Below are positions 63,157-64,000 of a stretch of 64,000 bases of DNA, in pieces. The notes beneath the pieces were generated by a model, which worked only from the letters and a program-made list of their open reading frames with translations, did no database searches and was not told the DNA's origin. Source of the DNA: Lytechinus pictus (lineage: Eukaryota); contig NC_087246.1 in NCBI RefSeq assembly GCF_037042905.1, positions 47,988,001 through 48,052,000 of the forward strand, written 5' to 3'. The translations under genes and the position numbers were made by a program. The first letter of the stretch is position 1, and every line of letters starts with the position of its first letter.

Positions 63157-64000
63157 CCAAATTGATAAATTAACTATGCACTGATACGTAACATTTACAA
63201 CAATCAACTACAACTTTGTGTCAGCTATCAATCAAGAATAGGCCTACAGCCTGATTTTGAACCTCATCATCCCACCGCTGCCACCAGTTAAACTAATCCA
63301 AAAAAAGTTAAAGGAATAGGGACATCTTTTTGCTGCTTCCAATTGAAACAAAGAAAACAAAATAGATTTTTGAGAAATCCGACTGTTACCATTAGTTTAA
63401 ATAAATATTATGGAAGCCGCAATCAGCAACATAACATGTTGCTGCCACACTTATTAATTGAGAACACATACGATGATTTAGATAAATGCATCTGTTGCCA
63501 CAAGTTGAAGAAAAAAGTTGAATTTTGGTAACGCCCCACTGCTGCTGCTAATTACCATAATTCATTACCATACTCAGCAAAAACATATGTCTACCATATG
63601 GCATCCTACTTCTGCAATCAATTTATTTTAGAGTATGTGCATACCCTATACAGCAATACCACATATTGCTACTACAACTTAAATCCAGAATACAAAATTG
63701 ATAAGATATCCCTCATCTTCTGCTGGTTGCTGCATAACACCCAATGATGTTGTCCATTGGTCAATTCAAGTTAAGGTACAAACATAAAAAACCCTGTTCT
63801 GCAATACCATGTTGCTGCCACAAATTGATTGAGATGATTCGAGAACAAAGATGAAGTTAGGCAACATCCATCTTTCTGCAACAAACCTATCAAGAACACA
63901 AAACTGTTTTGATAACATCTCACTGCTTTGTGTTATGATGATGCATGCCCTATATGAATTCAGCAAAACCAAATTGCTGCTTGTTGCCAGCAGTCGAATC

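Overview
Eukaryotic, intron-rich, AT-rich invertebrate genomic DNA; the repeat content and gene style suggest a sea urchin (inference, not verified). Most entries in the ORF track are spurious. I rebuilt five genes by hand from GT-AG boundaries and reading frame: (1) an intronless NUDT7 with a C-terminal SKL (- strand); (2) a 10-exon, 686-aa SHCBP1 homolog (+ strand), head-to-head with NUDT7; (3, 4) two tandem, diverged dynein light chain roadblock (DYNLRB/LC7) paralogs (- strand) with the same exon layout; (5) the first two coding exons of a signal-peptide cyclophilin (PPIB-like, + strand). Intergenic and intronic DNA is dense in non-autonomous elements: Helentron/DINE-like, Kolobok-like, Tc1-like and foldback MITEs, tRNA-derived SINEs and decayed CR1/L2 LINEs. 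The most notable observations are: the last 25 codons plus the stop of SHCBP1 amplified 12 times in tandem; Helentron-like elements whose internal repeats are packed with nuclear-receptor AGGTCA elements (DR1, DR4, DR5, IR1); a ~245-bp non-coding block at the same position in intron 1 of both roadblock paralogs; a 1.15-kb foldback with an 8-bp TSD next to a roadblock promoter; and a degenerate Penelope-type hammerhead motif. I cannot show a new biological system from sequence alone; these are candidates.
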